Of a stretch of 48,579 nucleotides of DNA, positions 1 to 10,112 are shown piece after piece (within the stretch, counting starts at the first letter, position 1; the number at the start of each line of letters is the position of its first letter). The DNA comes from a virus (Duplodnaviria; Caudoviricetes). Under the pieces are notes generated by a model. The model was not told where the DNA came from, made no database searches, and was given only the letters and a program-made list of their open reading frames with translations. The DNA lies in the IMG/VR virus record IMGVR_UViG_3300027753_000024, positions 1 to 48,579 of that record; one strand, written 5' to 3'. Made by a program: the position numbers and the translations under genes.

Positions 1-1
1 A

Positions 2-73
2 AAGGAAGCGAGTAAATATGCATCGGAAGAAGACATTAATAAAATTTTAAATTCATTAAATCAATTAAAATAA
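2..73 (+). CDS. 3' end of an upstream gene (partial)
   Basis: Open frame KEASKYASEEDINKILNSLNQLK* runs from the window edge to TAA at 71-73, 6 nt before the next ATG. Confidence 0.5.
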   Translation, partial: KEASKYASEEDINKILNSLNQLK

Positions 74-79
74 AAACAA

Positions 80-631
80 ATGGGACTAGACATGTATTTA
101 TACAAACGCACTTATGTGCAGAACTGGGATCATATGAAAGATGAGGCTAAACACTCTATTACTATAGAGGGACCTGAAGCTTCCCATATTGATACTAAAA
201 AGATAACTAATATTGAAGAACAAGTTGGTTATTGGAGAAAGGCTAACTCTATTCATAAGTGGTTTGTTGATAACGTTCAAAATGGAGATGACAACTGTCA
301 AGAATCTCTTGTATCAGAAGAGCAATTACAAGAGCTTCTAGATATCTGTAAGACTTTACAAGAAGAAATGGTTCTGAAAAAAGGAATTATTGAAAATGGT
401 AAAGTGTTACAAGAGGCAAAGCTTACTCCTAAATATGAGCTAGGAGATATGGTAGTAAACGAAGAACTATGTAAAGAACTATTGCCTACTACTGAGGGAT
501 TCTTCTTTGGATCTAAAAACTATGATCAATGGTACTTTGATGATATTAAACATACTGTAGAAGTGCTTACAGAAGTCCTACAGAATACAAATAGCTCAGG
601 AGTATCTTATCATTACCAAGCTTCTTGGTAG
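80..631 (+). CDS. Conserved phage hypothetical protein (MGLDMY / YWRKAN.IH.WF family)
   Basis: 183-aa ORF with motifs MGLDMYL, GYWRKANSIHKWFV and LLPTTEGFFFG, recognised as a widespread phage family of unknown function. Confidence 0.8.
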   Translation: MGLDMYLYKRTYVQNWDHMKDEAKHSITIEGPEASHIDTKKITNIEEQVGYWRKANSIHKWFVDNVQNGDDNCQESLVSEEQLQELLDICKTLQEEMVLKKGIIENGKVLQEAKLTPKYELGDMVVNEELCKELLPTTEGFFFGSKNYDQWYFDDIKHTVEVLTEVLQNTNSSGVSYHYQASW

Positions 632-632
632 A

Positions 633-938
633 ATGCCTTTGACTTTAAGAACTAAGGTATACCTTAAATTTCTAAAAGGAGAACCTTTCCATAAGATAGC
701 TCAAAGATATGATGTGTCTCATAGACAAATCTCATCTATAACTAGTATGCAGATAAATAATAGTTTATTGCATGCTACTCCTAAGATAACTAACAGAATT
801 AAGAAATACCCTCACTATGAAATACTTAGCGGGAAGCATTACTTAGAACTTAGTTATGATGATGTAATTAAAGATTTAACACCTAAAGAATTAAGAGAAT
901 ATGAAAAATCGTATAAAATACTTCCTTTCCATTATTAA
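633..938 (+). CDS. Hypothetical protein with possible N-terminal helix-turn-helix
   Basis: GEPFHKIAQRYDVSHRQISSI resembles an HTH; starts 1 nt after the previous stop. Confidence 0.6.
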   Translation: MPLTLRTKVYLKFLKGEPFHKIAQRYDVSHRQISSITSMQINNSLLHATPKITNRIKKYPHYEILSGKHYLELSYDDVIKDLTPKELREYEKSYKILPFHY

Positions 939-1037
939 AGATTCTAACTATTATTATTTATTGGTAGCAAAAAAGACTAGATATAGTTTTATAGCACATG
1001 CTGCCTTTGTATTGCATGAAATTAAATTTCATTTATT

Positions 1038-3053
1038 ATGATTTACTTCCTAACTAATCAAAGAGAGATTGAAATAGAATCTAACTCCGAAATCGTACTA
1101 TCTGATAAACAAACCGCATGGGATTTTATCACTTCTCTTGATGAGATAGCAGTTGACACTGAGACTACAGGGTTTGACCCTTACAGTTGTGAGATGTTAA
1201 GTGCGCAGTTAGGTAATGAGGTACATCAAGTGGTCTTAGACTTATCTGATACTCATAACCATTACTTCTTAAAACAAGTAATAGAACATAATAAAGATAA
1301 ATTGTTTTTATTTCAGAATGCAAAGTTCGATTTAAGGTTTCTCATGGCTAAAGGGATATTTATTGACAGAGTATATGATACGTTCTTAGCAGAACAAGTC
1401 TTATATAATGGCATTAAAGATCACCGCAAAGGTTTAGATAAACTGGCTATGAGATACCTTAATGAGACTTTAGATAAATCTATACGGGGAGATATCCATA
1501 AACAAGGACTTACTTATGCAGTAATTAAATATGCTGCAGATGATGTAAGGGTATTGCCTGGTATAAAAGCCAAGCAAAAAGAAAGAGCTCTAGAACAGGA
1601 ATTGGGTAAAGCTATTTCTTTAGAGAATTTATTTGCAGTATCGTTAGCTTACACAGAAATGTGTGGCATTAATCTTAACCTAGAAGATTGGGAAAAGAAA
1701 TGCAAAGAAGACGACGCTGTTATGCAGAGTTATATTGTTAAACTAGATGAATGGATTTTATCTAGAGAGGATGAGTACCCTGAGTATATCGAGAATCAAT
1801 TAGATTTATTCTCTGATGAAATAAAGACAAGGATTAATTGGAATAGCCAAAAGCAATTGATTCCCATCTTTAAGAAGCTAGGTTTAAATCTAGAGGTAAA
1901 AGATAAAGTGACTGGTAAATTAAAAGATTCTATAGAAGATTCTGTTATAAGAACCCAGAAAGATAAATCTGATCTAGTTAAGATATATTTAGACTATACT
2001 AAATCTTCTAAGGTTGTATCTACTTATGGTAGGAACTTCATTAATAATGTTAGTGAGGTTACTGGTAGAGTACATACTTCATTCAATCAGATTCTTAAGA
2101 CAGGTAGAATAAGTAGTTCTCCTAACATACAGAATATACCAGCAGTCCCTGAAGATTCTGAAAGGACTAAGGAATTGTATGAGAGAGAATGTTTTATTCC
2201 TGAAGAAGGTAATGTGTTTATTGATAGCGATTACTCTTCACAGGAGTCTGTTATCCTTGCTAACTTTTCTATGGAGCCTAAGCTTATAGAATTTTATAAC
2301 TCAGGCGCTTCTGATCTACATTCTTTTGTTGCTAAGGCTTTGTATCCTCAAGAGATAGGAGACACTCCTATGGAAGACATCAAGAAAAAGTTTAAGACTC
2401 TTAGACAGAATGCTAAGGCTGCAAACTTTGCTCTTGCTTATGGAGGCACTGGAGATACTATTGCTAAAAACCTTGGAGTTTCTAAGGAAGTAGGTATTTC
2501 TGTAGAGAAAGCATTCTTCCAGGCATTTCCTGCACTTAAGACTTATTTTGATATAGGTAAAAAAGCTGCATTTGACAGAGGATATATTTTAGTAAGTAAA
2601 GTAAGCGGTAGAAAAGTATTTATAGATCAATTCGATCAATTCTTAGAGTTATCTAATGAAGTAGATAGAAAAGAATTTTGGGATTTCTACAGAGAACAGA
2701 AGAATAACAATGGGCCTTATTATGAGGAACTCAAATCAAAAGTCTCTAAGTTTTTCAAAACAAAAGGATCTATGGAACGAGAAAGTATGAACTTTCCTAT
2801 CCAAGGGTGTGCAGGTGAGCAAACTAAACTAGCCACAGCTATGCTTTACAAGGTAATCAAAGACAGAAACCTACTATTCACAGTTAAAATTGTAAATCTA
2901 ATACATGACGAGATCCTTCTAGAGTGTCCTAAAGATATGGCAGAAGAATTTGCAGTAATACTTAAGAAATGTATGGAAGACGCAGGTTCTGTGTATTGTA
3001 AAACAGTAAAACTATATGCAACTCCTATGATTAGTAGTCAATGGATTCATTAA
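1038..3053 (+). CDS. polA: Family A DNA polymerase with 3'-5' exonuclease
   Basis: ExoI DTETTG, ExoII NAKFD, ExoIII YAADD; KTGRISS; motif A DYSSQE; motif B RQNAKAANFALAYG; NFPIQG; motif C IHDE. Confidence 0.97.
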   Translation: MIYFLTNQREIEIESNSEIVLSDKQTAWDFITSLDEIAVDTETTGFDPYSCEMLSAQLGNEVHQVVLDLSDTHNHYFLKQVIEHNKDKLFLFQNAKFDLRFLMAKGIFIDRVYDTFLAEQVLYNGIKDHRKGLDKLAMRYLNETLDKSIRGDIHKQGLTYAVIKYAADDVRVLPGIKAKQKERALEQELGKAISLENLFAVSLAYTEMCGINLNLEDWEKKCKEDDAVMQSYIVKLDEWILSREDEYPEYIENQLDLFSDEIKTRINWNSQKQLIPIFKKLGLNLEVKDKVTGKLKDSIEDSVIRTQKDKSDLVKIYLDYTKSSKVVSTYGRNFINNVSEVTGRVHTSFNQILKTGRISSSPNIQNIPAVPEDSERTKELYERECFIPEEGNVFIDSDYSSQESVILANFSMEPKLIEFYNSGASDLHSFVAKALYPQEIGDTPMEDIKKKFKTLRQNAKAANFALAYGGTGDTIAKNLGVSKEVGISVEKAFFQAFPALKTYFDIGKKAAFDRGYILVSKVSGRKVFIDQFDQFLELSNEVDRKEFWDFYREQKNNNGPYYEELKSKVSKFFKTKGSMERESMNFPIQGCAGEQTKLATAMLYKVIKDRNLLFTVKIVNLIHDEILLECPKDMAEEFAVILKKCMEDAGSVYCKTVKLYATPMISSQWIH

Positions 3054-3065
3054 ATAATAATTAAA

Positions 3066-3350
3066 ATGGAATACGATCAAACTAAGCTCAAAATAGAGCT
3101 CTACAAAAAGCTAAAAGACTTTGATTGGTCTTATAAGGATAAAAATCCTGCAGCTATGACCGCCAAAGATGTCCTTCACAAATTTAAAGAAGGTCAAATA
3201 TGGAATCTTATGAAAAGCTTCCCCAACAGGGTAGATGCCGCTAGAGTATATCACTCTGAATGTCCTAAGAATAATTACAACCAACAATACCTAGAAGATA
3301 AACTAGGTATTCAATTGTATGGTAATAAATGGATGTACCATGCAAGCTAA
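3066..3350 (+). CDS. Hypothetical protein
   Basis: 94-aa ORF tightly packed in the operon with an A-rich leader. Confidence 0.7.
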   Translation: MEYDQTKLKIELYKKLKDFDWSYKDKNPAAMTAKDVLHKFKEGQIWNLMKSFPNRVDAARVYHSECPKNNYNQQYLEDKLGIQLYGNKWMYHAS

Positions 3351-4365
3351 AGCAGAGAAACAAAAAATTGCTTTAAATGCAAGTAAGGATAATCCTTTCT
3401 TATTCTTAGAATGGTTTACTGGATTAGGTAAATCAAAAGCAGCATTAGACATTATGGAGTATCATAAAGATGCAAAGTGGGTAGTGGTTTGTAAAGAACT
3501 AAATCACATGATTACCTGGAAAGATGAGGCAGATAAGTGGAAAGTAGATTTCACAGATGTCACTCTTATATCTTATGATTCACTTCATAAACTTCCGCAG
3601 GATGAGTCACTTAATCTAATTTTGGATGAGGCACATGCATTAACTTCTACAAGAGTTAAGAAGCTGAAAGCCTTAAAGATTAATAGAATAGTGGCTTTGA
3701 CTGCAACTATGCCCTTGACCAAGAAATCACTTTTATATTCTTTAGGAAAATTTAAAGTATATACTGTTTCTATGTCTAAGGCAATAGAAGATGGCATCTT
3801 ACCAGAGCCAACTATTTATCAAATTAAAGTAAACCTATCTCGTAACGCAAGAGCTACATACAATAAAATGACAAGTAAGATTGATCGTTGTATGCTCAAT
3901 GATAACGTAGAGACTGCCAAAATACTGGGAGCACAGCGCAAAAGATTATTAGCTGCTGCAAAAACAGGGCATGTCAAAGAATATCTTAATTACGACAAGA
4001 GGTTTGTATGTTTTACAGGGTCTATTGAACAATGTAATTTAATAGGAGGAGAGAATGCAATTCATTCCAGTAAATCTAATAGAGTAGAGGTAATAACTAA
4101 GTTTAATAACTTAGAAATCGACCATTTATTTGCCGTCAATATGCTTAGAGAGTCTATGAATCTTAGGAACATAGACATAGGGTATATTATACAGTTAGAT
4201 AATCAGGAGAAGAGTACTATCCAAATGTTAGGTAGAAGTTTTAGATCCAAAAATCCAATTATGTATGTCTTTATCGCGAAAAAAACGATTGACGAGAGAT
4301 ACGCGGAAAATGCGTTCTCCCAAATCCCAAAGAAATTCATTAAAGTCATTGATACCACTATATGA
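3340..4365 (+). CDS. Superfamily 2 (DEAH) helicase
   Basis: Walker A FTGLGKS, DEAH, TAT and motif VI QMLGRSFR. Start placed at ATG 3340; 3319 is an alternative. Confidence 0.9.
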   Translation: MQAKAEKQKIALNASKDNPFLFLEWFTGLGKSKAALDIMEYHKDAKWVVVCKELNHMITWKDEADKWKVDFTDVTLISYDSLHKLPQDESLNLILDEAHALTSTRVKKLKALKINRIVALTATMPLTKKSLLYSLGKFKVYTVSMSKAIEDGILPEPTIYQIKVNLSRNARATYNKMTSKIDRCMLNDNVETAKILGAQRKRLLAAAKTGHVKEYLNYDKRFVCFTGSIEQCNLIGGENAIHSSKSNRVEVITKFNNLEIDHLFAVNMLRESMNLRNIDIGYIIQLDNQEKSTIQMLGRSFRSKNPIMYVFIAKKTIDERYAENAFSQIPKKFIKVIDTTI

Positions 4366-4429
4366 AGATAGTGTTGCACAGGCTATTTCTTTTTATGGAA
4401 ACTTAGAAGAGTATAATTATGAAAATTAA
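4310..4429 (+). CDS. Possible 39-aa microprotein (not in ORF track)
   Basis: MRSPKSQRNSLKSLIPLYEDSVAQAISFYGNLEEYNYEN* bridges the gap between the helicase and the next gene, overlapping both. Confidence 0.3.
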   Translation: MRSPKSQRNSLKSLIPLYEDSVAQAISFYGNLEEYNYEN

Positions 4430-4841
4430 ATATAAAAAGCTAACAATATCTCAACTAATTTCCAACTGGATTAATAGAAAAATGAGTATAGAAGAGTTAA
4501 GTTTTCATATAAAAGATTGTGAATTAACTATGCAATCTAGTTATAGTCATAAACCTTTTATGGACGGAGAGTTTGGGATTTATAATTCTATTTATGATTG
4601 TGTTTTGAACAAAGGGAATTTAAGGTTATCTTTTAAAGCAATGGTTAAAGTTAATTCAATCTTTGCTTTTAATGGAGGGGGCCATCATATTGATTATAAG
4701 CCAATTGAGTATGGAGTTGCTGAAGTTAATTTTAATGAAAGAACCAAAAATAATGTTTGGCACATTCCTATAACACCTGCACTTCAAACCCGCATAAAAT
4801 TACTTATGAATAATACTAATAATCCTCCTAAAATTTCTTAG
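4419..4841 (+). CDS. Hypothetical protein
   Basis: 140-aa ORF in the operon orientation. Confidence 0.65.
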   Translation: MKIKYKKLTISQLISNWINRKMSIEELSFHIKDCELTMQSSYSHKPFMDGEFGIYNSIYDCVLNKGNLRLSFKAMVKVNSIFAFNGGGHHIDYKPIEYGVAEVNFNERTKNNVWHIPITPALQTRIKLLMNNTNNPPKIS

Positions 4842-4846
4842 ATTTG
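4839..4846 (+). promoter_or_regulatory. Bacteroidota sigma-A-type -7 element (TAGATTTG)
   Basis: Matches TAnnTTTG, lies at the start of the gap before ATG 4903, and is followed by a TACCCC/GGGGTA stem. Confidence 0.5.
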
Positions 4847-4902
4847 TGTACCCCTCAAGGAAATGCAGACTTAAGTTATTCGGGGTAACCTTCAAACAAT
4901 TT

Positions 4903-5472
4903 ATGAAAATTTTAATAGATCTAAAAAAGGATTTACATCCTATTGGGCAACTTATCCTCCATCTTTTACACAATTCTGAGTATGACGAGATAGAAAAACA
5001 TTTTCAAAACACTTACCCTCAATATATTAGAGGGTTAATCAAAATGAAATACATCTTGAATACTGATAGTGACTCTATAAAACTGTCAGAGTTAACTTTA
5101 AATAAATCTAAACTAAAAGCTATACTAGGAGAGGTAGAATCTTCTTCCATGTGGATAGACTCTTATAGAGAATTATTTAGAGGCAAAAAGACAGGGGCTA
5201 TGGGTACTAAGAGTGCCTGTATTAAGAAGATGGACAAGTTTATACAAGAGTTTGGCTACAATAAAGAAATAATTTTAAGCGCAGCAGAAAGATACATCGC
5301 TACTAGTAGGGACTATGCTTATTTGCAGCAAGCAGATTATTTTATTTATAAGAGCGAATCTTTTATGGGCTCTTCTGTAGAGAACTCTAAGTTGGCTACT
5401 TACTGCGAAGAGATAGAAATGCTAGATAATAATCAAATAACAGACGGAGCATGGAACATCCAAAGCATTTAA
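4903..5472 (+). CDS. Hypothetical replication protein (possible initiator or helicase loader)
   Basis: Lies directly upstream of and overlaps dnaB; YLQQADYFIYK motif. ATG 4903 preferred over GTG 4846. Function inferred from position. Confidence 0.6.
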   Translation: MKILIDLKKDLHPIGQLILHLLHNSEYDEIEKHFQNTYPQYIRGLIKMKYILNTDSDSIKLSELTLNKSKLKAILGEVESSSMWIDSYRELFRGKKTGAMGTKSACIKKMDKFIQEFGYNKEIILSAAERYIATSRDYAYLQQADYFIYKSESFMGSSVENSKLATYCEEIEMLDNNQITDGAWNIQSI

Positions 5473-6536
5473 GTACGCCTCTCTGGGATCAATTAGAGGC
5501 CCAAATAAACTTAGGTATGCAAGGAAGGAATAGAGGCCTTCCTATGGGCTTTAAAAAGCTTTCTAAGTATATTTCTAACATTCAACCAGGTAGATATGAC
5601 TTGATAGGGGGTGCTACGGGTACAGGTAAAACTGCACTAGTAGACTCTGCATATATGTATAACCCTATTAAGTATATCACAGCGGAAAAAGAAACTGATT
5701 TTAGTATCAAGATTCTATATTATAGTATAGAGATTACTCCCCTACAGAAAATAGCCAAGATGGTGTGTAGGAAGTTATTCGAAGACCATAATATATTAGT
5801 TGACTCTGAGAGTTTATTTTCTAGAGGCGATAGGTCTTTACTAGACAAAGACGTTGCTAAGAAAGTATTTGCTACCAGAGATTACTTTGAAAAGATGCTA
5901 TCTGATCATGTTATCTTTTATTCTGCAGCCTCTCCTGATTATGTATGGATGACTGTTAAAGATTATGTAGAGAAGAACGGTACAATTATCCGCAACTCTA
6001 ACAAAATGATTCAACAGTATATCCCGCACAAACCTAATGAGATTGTTTTATTAATTATTGATCACATATCTCTAATAGATAAAAACTCAAAGGATTCTAA
6101 TAAGAAAGAGGCTATAGACAGGTTGAGTAAAATGCTGGTACAATTTAGAAACTTATTCAACATAAGTCCAGTAGTAGTATCTCAGTTTAATAGGGGTATA
6201 GAAGGTATGGATAGAAAAAGATTAGATTCTTTAGAGCCGCAGCTCAGTGATTTTAAAGACACTGGTTCTACTCAAGAAGATGCTAATACTTCTATTGCCT
6301 TGTTTAATCCTTTTAGATATGGGATAGAAAAGCATAATGGTTATGATATTAAAAGACTGAACAGAAACTATAGATCACTAAGTATCTTAAAGAACAGAGA
6401 CGGTCAAGATAACTTATCATTAGGCTTATTTTTTATGGGGGCAAATGGATTATTTCGTGAGTTACCTCCCTCACAAGAATTTATAAGTAATCCAGAATTA
6501 TATAATAAACTTTTAAAATACTCAAATGGCAATTAA
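5451..6536 (+). CDS. dnaB: DnaB-like replicative helicase (SF4)
   Basis: GATGTGKT, YYSIE, IIDHISL, VVSQFNR, SDFKDTG..QEDA, ILKNRDG. Confidence 0.93.
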   Translation: MEHPKHLSTPLWDQLEAQINLGMQGRNRGLPMGFKKLSKYISNIQPGRYDLIGGATGTGKTALVDSAYMYNPIKYITAEKETDFSIKILYYSIEITPLQKIAKMVCRKLFEDHNILVDSESLFSRGDRSLLDKDVAKKVFATRDYFEKMLSDHVIFYSAASPDYVWMTVKDYVEKNGTIIRNSNKMIQQYIPHKPNEIVLLIIDHISLIDKNSKDSNKKEAIDRLSKMLVQFRNLFNISPVVVSQFNRGIEGMDRKRLDSLEPQLSDFKDTGSTQEDANTSIALFNPFRYGIEKHNGYDIKRLNRNYRSLSILKNRDGQDNLSLGLFFMGANGLFRELPPSQEFISNPELYNKLLKYSNGN

Positions 6537-7272
6537 AGTCGGTATTATGGGTGCTCCAAACACTGGTAAATCATATTCCAGAAGCTTCTTGGAGAATCCT
6601 GAGGAGGTAGTTATTTTGGCATCATCTGCTAAGGCTACTTACTTAAAAGATAATAAGGGTAAACCCTTACAAAAGCTACCTTCAATGGTAGACATGAAAG
6701 AACTTGTACAAAAGAAGGAACATATTCCAGGCAACTGGGCAATAATGCCTGATATCAAGAGTGTAGAGTCTAATTTAAAGGTAATAAGTAGTTATATGCC
6801 TCATATTAAGACTGTTATTATTCCTGACTTTACTCATTATATTAGTAAGATACTAGCTAGTGAGTCTTTTATGAAGGCTAATTCAGGCGGTGGTGCATTT
6901 GCTAGATTTTGGGACTTAGCTGCTGCTAGTCTAAATGCTTTTTTCTTGGCATCAGATAGTTTAAGAGATGACCTTATTATAGTATTGGAGTTTCATGCAG
7001 AATACAATGATTCAGAAGAGGTGTTTCAGATATTTGTACCAGGTGGTAAGATGCTTTCAGAGAAATTCAAGCCTGAAAGTTATTTTGACATTATGTTGTG
7101 TACTTACATTGACAAGAATGATTCTGGAGAGATTACTCCTGATAGTTATAAATTTATAACAAGGAAGCACAGTTATTATAACGCCAGATCTATGGAGATG
7201 ATTACAGAGACATTTATTCCTAATAATTTACAAACAGTACTGAGTGCAGTACGAGGATATTTTCACATTTAA
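6526..7272 (+). CDS. P-loop ATPase (AAA_24/Sak4-like)
   Basis: N-terminal Walker A GAPNTGKS and GKML..KF.PESYFD; position between DnaB and SSB is typical of crAss-like phages. Confidence 0.8.
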   Translation: MAIKVGIMGAPNTGKSYSRSFLENPEEVVILASSAKATYLKDNKGKPLQKLPSMVDMKELVQKKEHIPGNWAIMPDIKSVESNLKVISSYMPHIKTVIIPDFTHYISKILASESFMKANSGGGAFARFWDLAAASLNAFFLASDSLRDDLIIVLEFHAEYNDSEEVFQIFVPGGKMLSEKFKPESYFDIMLCTYIDKNDSGEITPDSYKFITRKHSYYNARSMEMITETFIPNNLQTVLSAVRGYFHI

Positions 7273-7298
7273 TTTTTATTTATTTTTTATTTTTTACT

Positions 7299-7856
7299 AT
7301 GGGTAATTTAATTATCGGTATCCCTACCGTTAAAAGGGGAATGACTTCTGATGAATATGAAGGAAAAAGTGCAGTTGTATTAAAAGCAACTGAAGAAGGA
7401 AAGCGAAGTAAGATAGGTTTTACATCTGCTTTGTGTAGTGATTTACAACTTTCTGAGAATAATGTAGAGCTTAACATAGCTGTGGATATGGGAGAAGATG
7501 GTATCAATGATATCTATTTTGTACCTACTATTGGTAAGAAGCTTAGTAATAGAATAGGACGTCAACTAAGGACTATTGCAGATAAGAAAATTTACAACTA
7601 CATAACACAGGAGTATCTAAATCTTGGTGAGACTATAGCTGAAGATGTAGTTCTAGATGTAGAAATAATTTCAACTATGGCTCCATATTCTTGGGCAATT
7701 AGACTTATTAACTCAAATCAAGAACAATCTGAGACAGTCGAGGATGCAATAGTAGAAGAAGAAACTTCTAAGCCTTCTTGGAGTAGTAATGAATCTATGG
7801 ATTCCTATGATAATGAGATAGAGGCAGATTCAAATGAGGAATTAGCTCCTTGGTAA
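7299..7856 (+). CDS. Hypothetical protein with acidic C-terminal tail
   Basis: 185-aa ORF with an E/D/S-rich tail ending in W. Confidence 0.75.
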   Translation: MGNLIIGIPTVKRGMTSDEYEGKSAVVLKATEEGKRSKIGFTSALCSDLQLSENNVELNIAVDMGEDGINDIYFVPTIGKKLSNRIGRQLRTIADKKIYNYITQEYLNLGETIAEDVVLDVEIISTMAPYSWAIRLINSNQEQSETVEDAIVEEETSKPSWSSNESMDSYDNEIEADSNEELAPW

Positions 7857-7896
7857 GTAACACATTTAATTTTTTTAATTTTTAATTTTATAAGTA

Positions 7897-8493
7897 ATGA
7901 GTATTGATTTAAATAGTAATGAATTTGACAACGGAAGTAGTTCTGTTAGTATTTTTAATGGAGGTAATGCAGGTGTTTGCAGCAACTGTACAATAACCAC
8001 GTTAGCAAAAGATGAGGCAGAGACTAGAAAGCTACCACATTGGAAGTTGATCGCTACTGACGAAAGTGGAGCATCCACTGATTTGTCTTTTTATTATGTA
8101 GATGATCCCTCGAATATGTATTACGAGGCTAATCTAAAAAGACAAGGTAAGATTCTTAAGCATCTTGTTAAGACTATTGCAGGGCCAGATGTAAAGATTC
8201 CTATTTTTAATTCTAACGAAGAAATGTTAGATAAGTGTATGGAGTTAATTACAGGTAAAGCAAAAGGTAAGACTTTTTCTGTATTTGCAAATTATGGCAC
8301 TGTAGGAAGCAAACAAGTTAGTGGGTATATAAAGGTTCGTTCTTTTGTGCCAATGATTTCTTCTAATAGTAACTCAGACACTTTGCAGGAAACTCCATAT
8401 GATACTATGCAGAGACCTCAAGCAGATACTGCTTCTAATGATACCGCAGCTGATGCTACAAGCAGCGCTTTGAAAGAAGACGATTGGATCTAA
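7897..8493 (+). CDS. Putative single-stranded DNA-binding protein
   Basis: Beta-rich core and flexible acidic tail ending EDDWI; located between the ATPase and primase. Inference from composition and synteny. Confidence 0.6.
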   Translation: MSIDLNSNEFDNGSSSVSIFNGGNAGVCSNCTITTLAKDEAETRKLPHWKLIATDESGASTDLSFYYVDDPSNMYYEANLKRQGKILKHLVKTIAGPDVKIPIFNSNEEMLDKCMELITGKAKGKTFSVFANYGTVGSKQVSGYIKVRSFVPMISSNSNSDTLQETPYDTMQRPQADTASNDTAADATSSALKEDDWI

Positions 8494-9512
8494 ATTCTGT
8501 CATATATGATGAAAGATTAACCAAAGACTCTATATTAAAAGTTATATCTGAATTAGATATATACAGTTTTTATATAGGGAAGGAAGCTCTTTCATTAAGA
8601 CCCATAAATAGTCCGTTGAGGAGGGATAATATTCCCTCCTTTTCGGTCTTTTATGCTTCTAAGTCTAATAAGTATTTATTTAAAGACTTTGGAAATGGTA
8701 TGTCAGGAGATTGTTTTTCGCTGGTACAGATTATGTATGGGCTTTCTTATAATGGAGCTTTAGAAAGAATAGCTATTGACTTTGGTGTAACTACTAGTGG
8801 CGTGTCGCCAAGTATTAAGCCAATAAGTAAAGTAGAAATAGAAAAGATAAGCAACAAAGAGAAAGTTAACCTACAGATTAAGAGTAAAAGTCCCACTTTA
8901 AAAGATAAAGAGTTTTGGAGTCTATTTGGCATAACACCTAAGACTCTTAGTAAGTATATGGTTAAGGTAGTAGATTTAATATTTATTAATAACAATATTA
9001 TTAATCCTAAAACTAACTGTTATGCTTATTTAGAATTTAAAGACGATACCCCTACCTATAAAATATACCAACCTTTTAGTAAGGAGTATAAGTTTATGAA
9101 TAATAATAATTATTCTGTGTGGGAAGGGTGGACACAAATGCCTGACACTGGAGATTTACTTATAATCACTTCATCTAGAAAAGATGTAATGAGTATAATA
9201 AGTACTACAGATTACCCAGCGGTAGCATTACAATCAGAAAGCGTATTGCCTAAGAAGCAGGTCATAGAAGAACTAAAGACTAGATTTAAAAACATATATA
9301 TATTATATGACAATGACTTTAGTAGCGAACAAAACAATGGTAGGAAGTATGGTGCTAATTTAGCTAATGCATTTAACTGCATTCAGATAGAAATACCTTC
9401 TAAGTATGAAAGTAAAGACTACTCAGACTTAGTAAAAAAGCATGGGCAACACTTAGCCAAGAATTTATTAAAAAGTTTACTAAAAACAAACACAGCATGC
9501 ACAAGGCATTAG
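8484..9512 (+). CDS. dnaG: DnaG-like primase (TOPRIM)
   Basis: SPLRRDNIPSF / FKDFG N-terminal domain, KIYQP, IITSSRKDVM, LYDND, KDYSD. Confidence 0.9.
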   Translation: MDLNSVIYDERLTKDSILKVISELDIYSFYIGKEALSLRPINSPLRRDNIPSFSVFYASKSNKYLFKDFGNGMSGDCFSLVQIMYGLSYNGALERIAIDFGVTTSGVSPSIKPISKVEIEKISNKEKVNLQIKSKSPTLKDKEFWSLFGITPKTLSKYMVKVVDLIFINNNIINPKTNCYAYLEFKDDTPTYKIYQPFSKEYKFMNNNNYSVWEGWTQMPDTGDLLIITSSRKDVMSIISTTDYPAVALQSESVLPKKQVIEELKTRFKNIYILYDNDFSSEQNNGRKYGANLANAFNCIQIEIPSKYESKDYSDLVKKHGQHLAKNLLKSLLKTNTACTRH

Positions 9513-9976
9513 AAATTAACCTACCTAGATTCCCTACTCATGCACAGATATCCAAAAATAAATGGGTAAAAATATCAGGTAACACTTTTTATTCAGGAAC
9601 ACATTACATTATTAGAAATAAAGTCTTTAGAGTTATGCATGATTATATAGATCATTACATTCCTAAAGACATTGTGTTTTCCAGAATAGAAACAGAGATG
9701 ATATTTAAAGCGCCGCTTAATTATGGCACTGTAAGGAGGACTAAATCTAAAGGAATATCTTGGAATCCTCCTAAGGATGATTATGTTCCTAATTGGGACA
9801 TAGATAATTTAGCGTGGCCTTGGACAAAGGCCATTTTTGATACAATTATATCTAACAATATTGTACCAGACGATAACATTAAATATGTAATAGGCAACTC
9901 CTATAGATATGAAAAATGTGATTCTATGGACGATAGAAGTATTAACGTAAAAATTAAAGCATATGGGATGGACTAA
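9497..9976 (+). CDS. RusA-like Holliday junction resolvase
   Basis: WDIDNL...KAIFD...IVPDDN acidic motifs characteristic of the RusA fold. Confidence 0.7.
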   Translation: MHKALEINLPRFPTHAQISKNKWVKISGNTFYSGTHYIIRNKVFRVMHDYIDHYIPKDIVFSRIETEMIFKAPLNYGTVRRTKSKGISWNPPKDDYVPNWDIDNLAWPWTKAIFDTIISNNIVPDDNIKYVIGNSYRYEKCDSMDDRSINVKIKAYGMD

Positions 9977-10112
9977 ACGATATATGGAACTTATAAATGC
10001 AGGGGTAGAAGAACCTACTGCAATAACTGTTATACAAAATTTAAGAAAACAACATGAAGAATTATCGAGAAATGCCAGGAGTCAATCAAAGTCTTCTGAA
10101 GAAATTAATTAA
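9963..10112 (+). CDS. 49-aa microprotein (not in ORF track)
   Basis: MGWTKRYMELINAGVEEPTAITVIQNLRKQHEELSRNARSQSKSSEEIN* fills the otherwise empty gap 9977-10053. Confidence 0.5.
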   Translation: MGWTKRYMELINAGVEEPTAITVIQNLRKQHEELSRNARSQSKSSEEIN

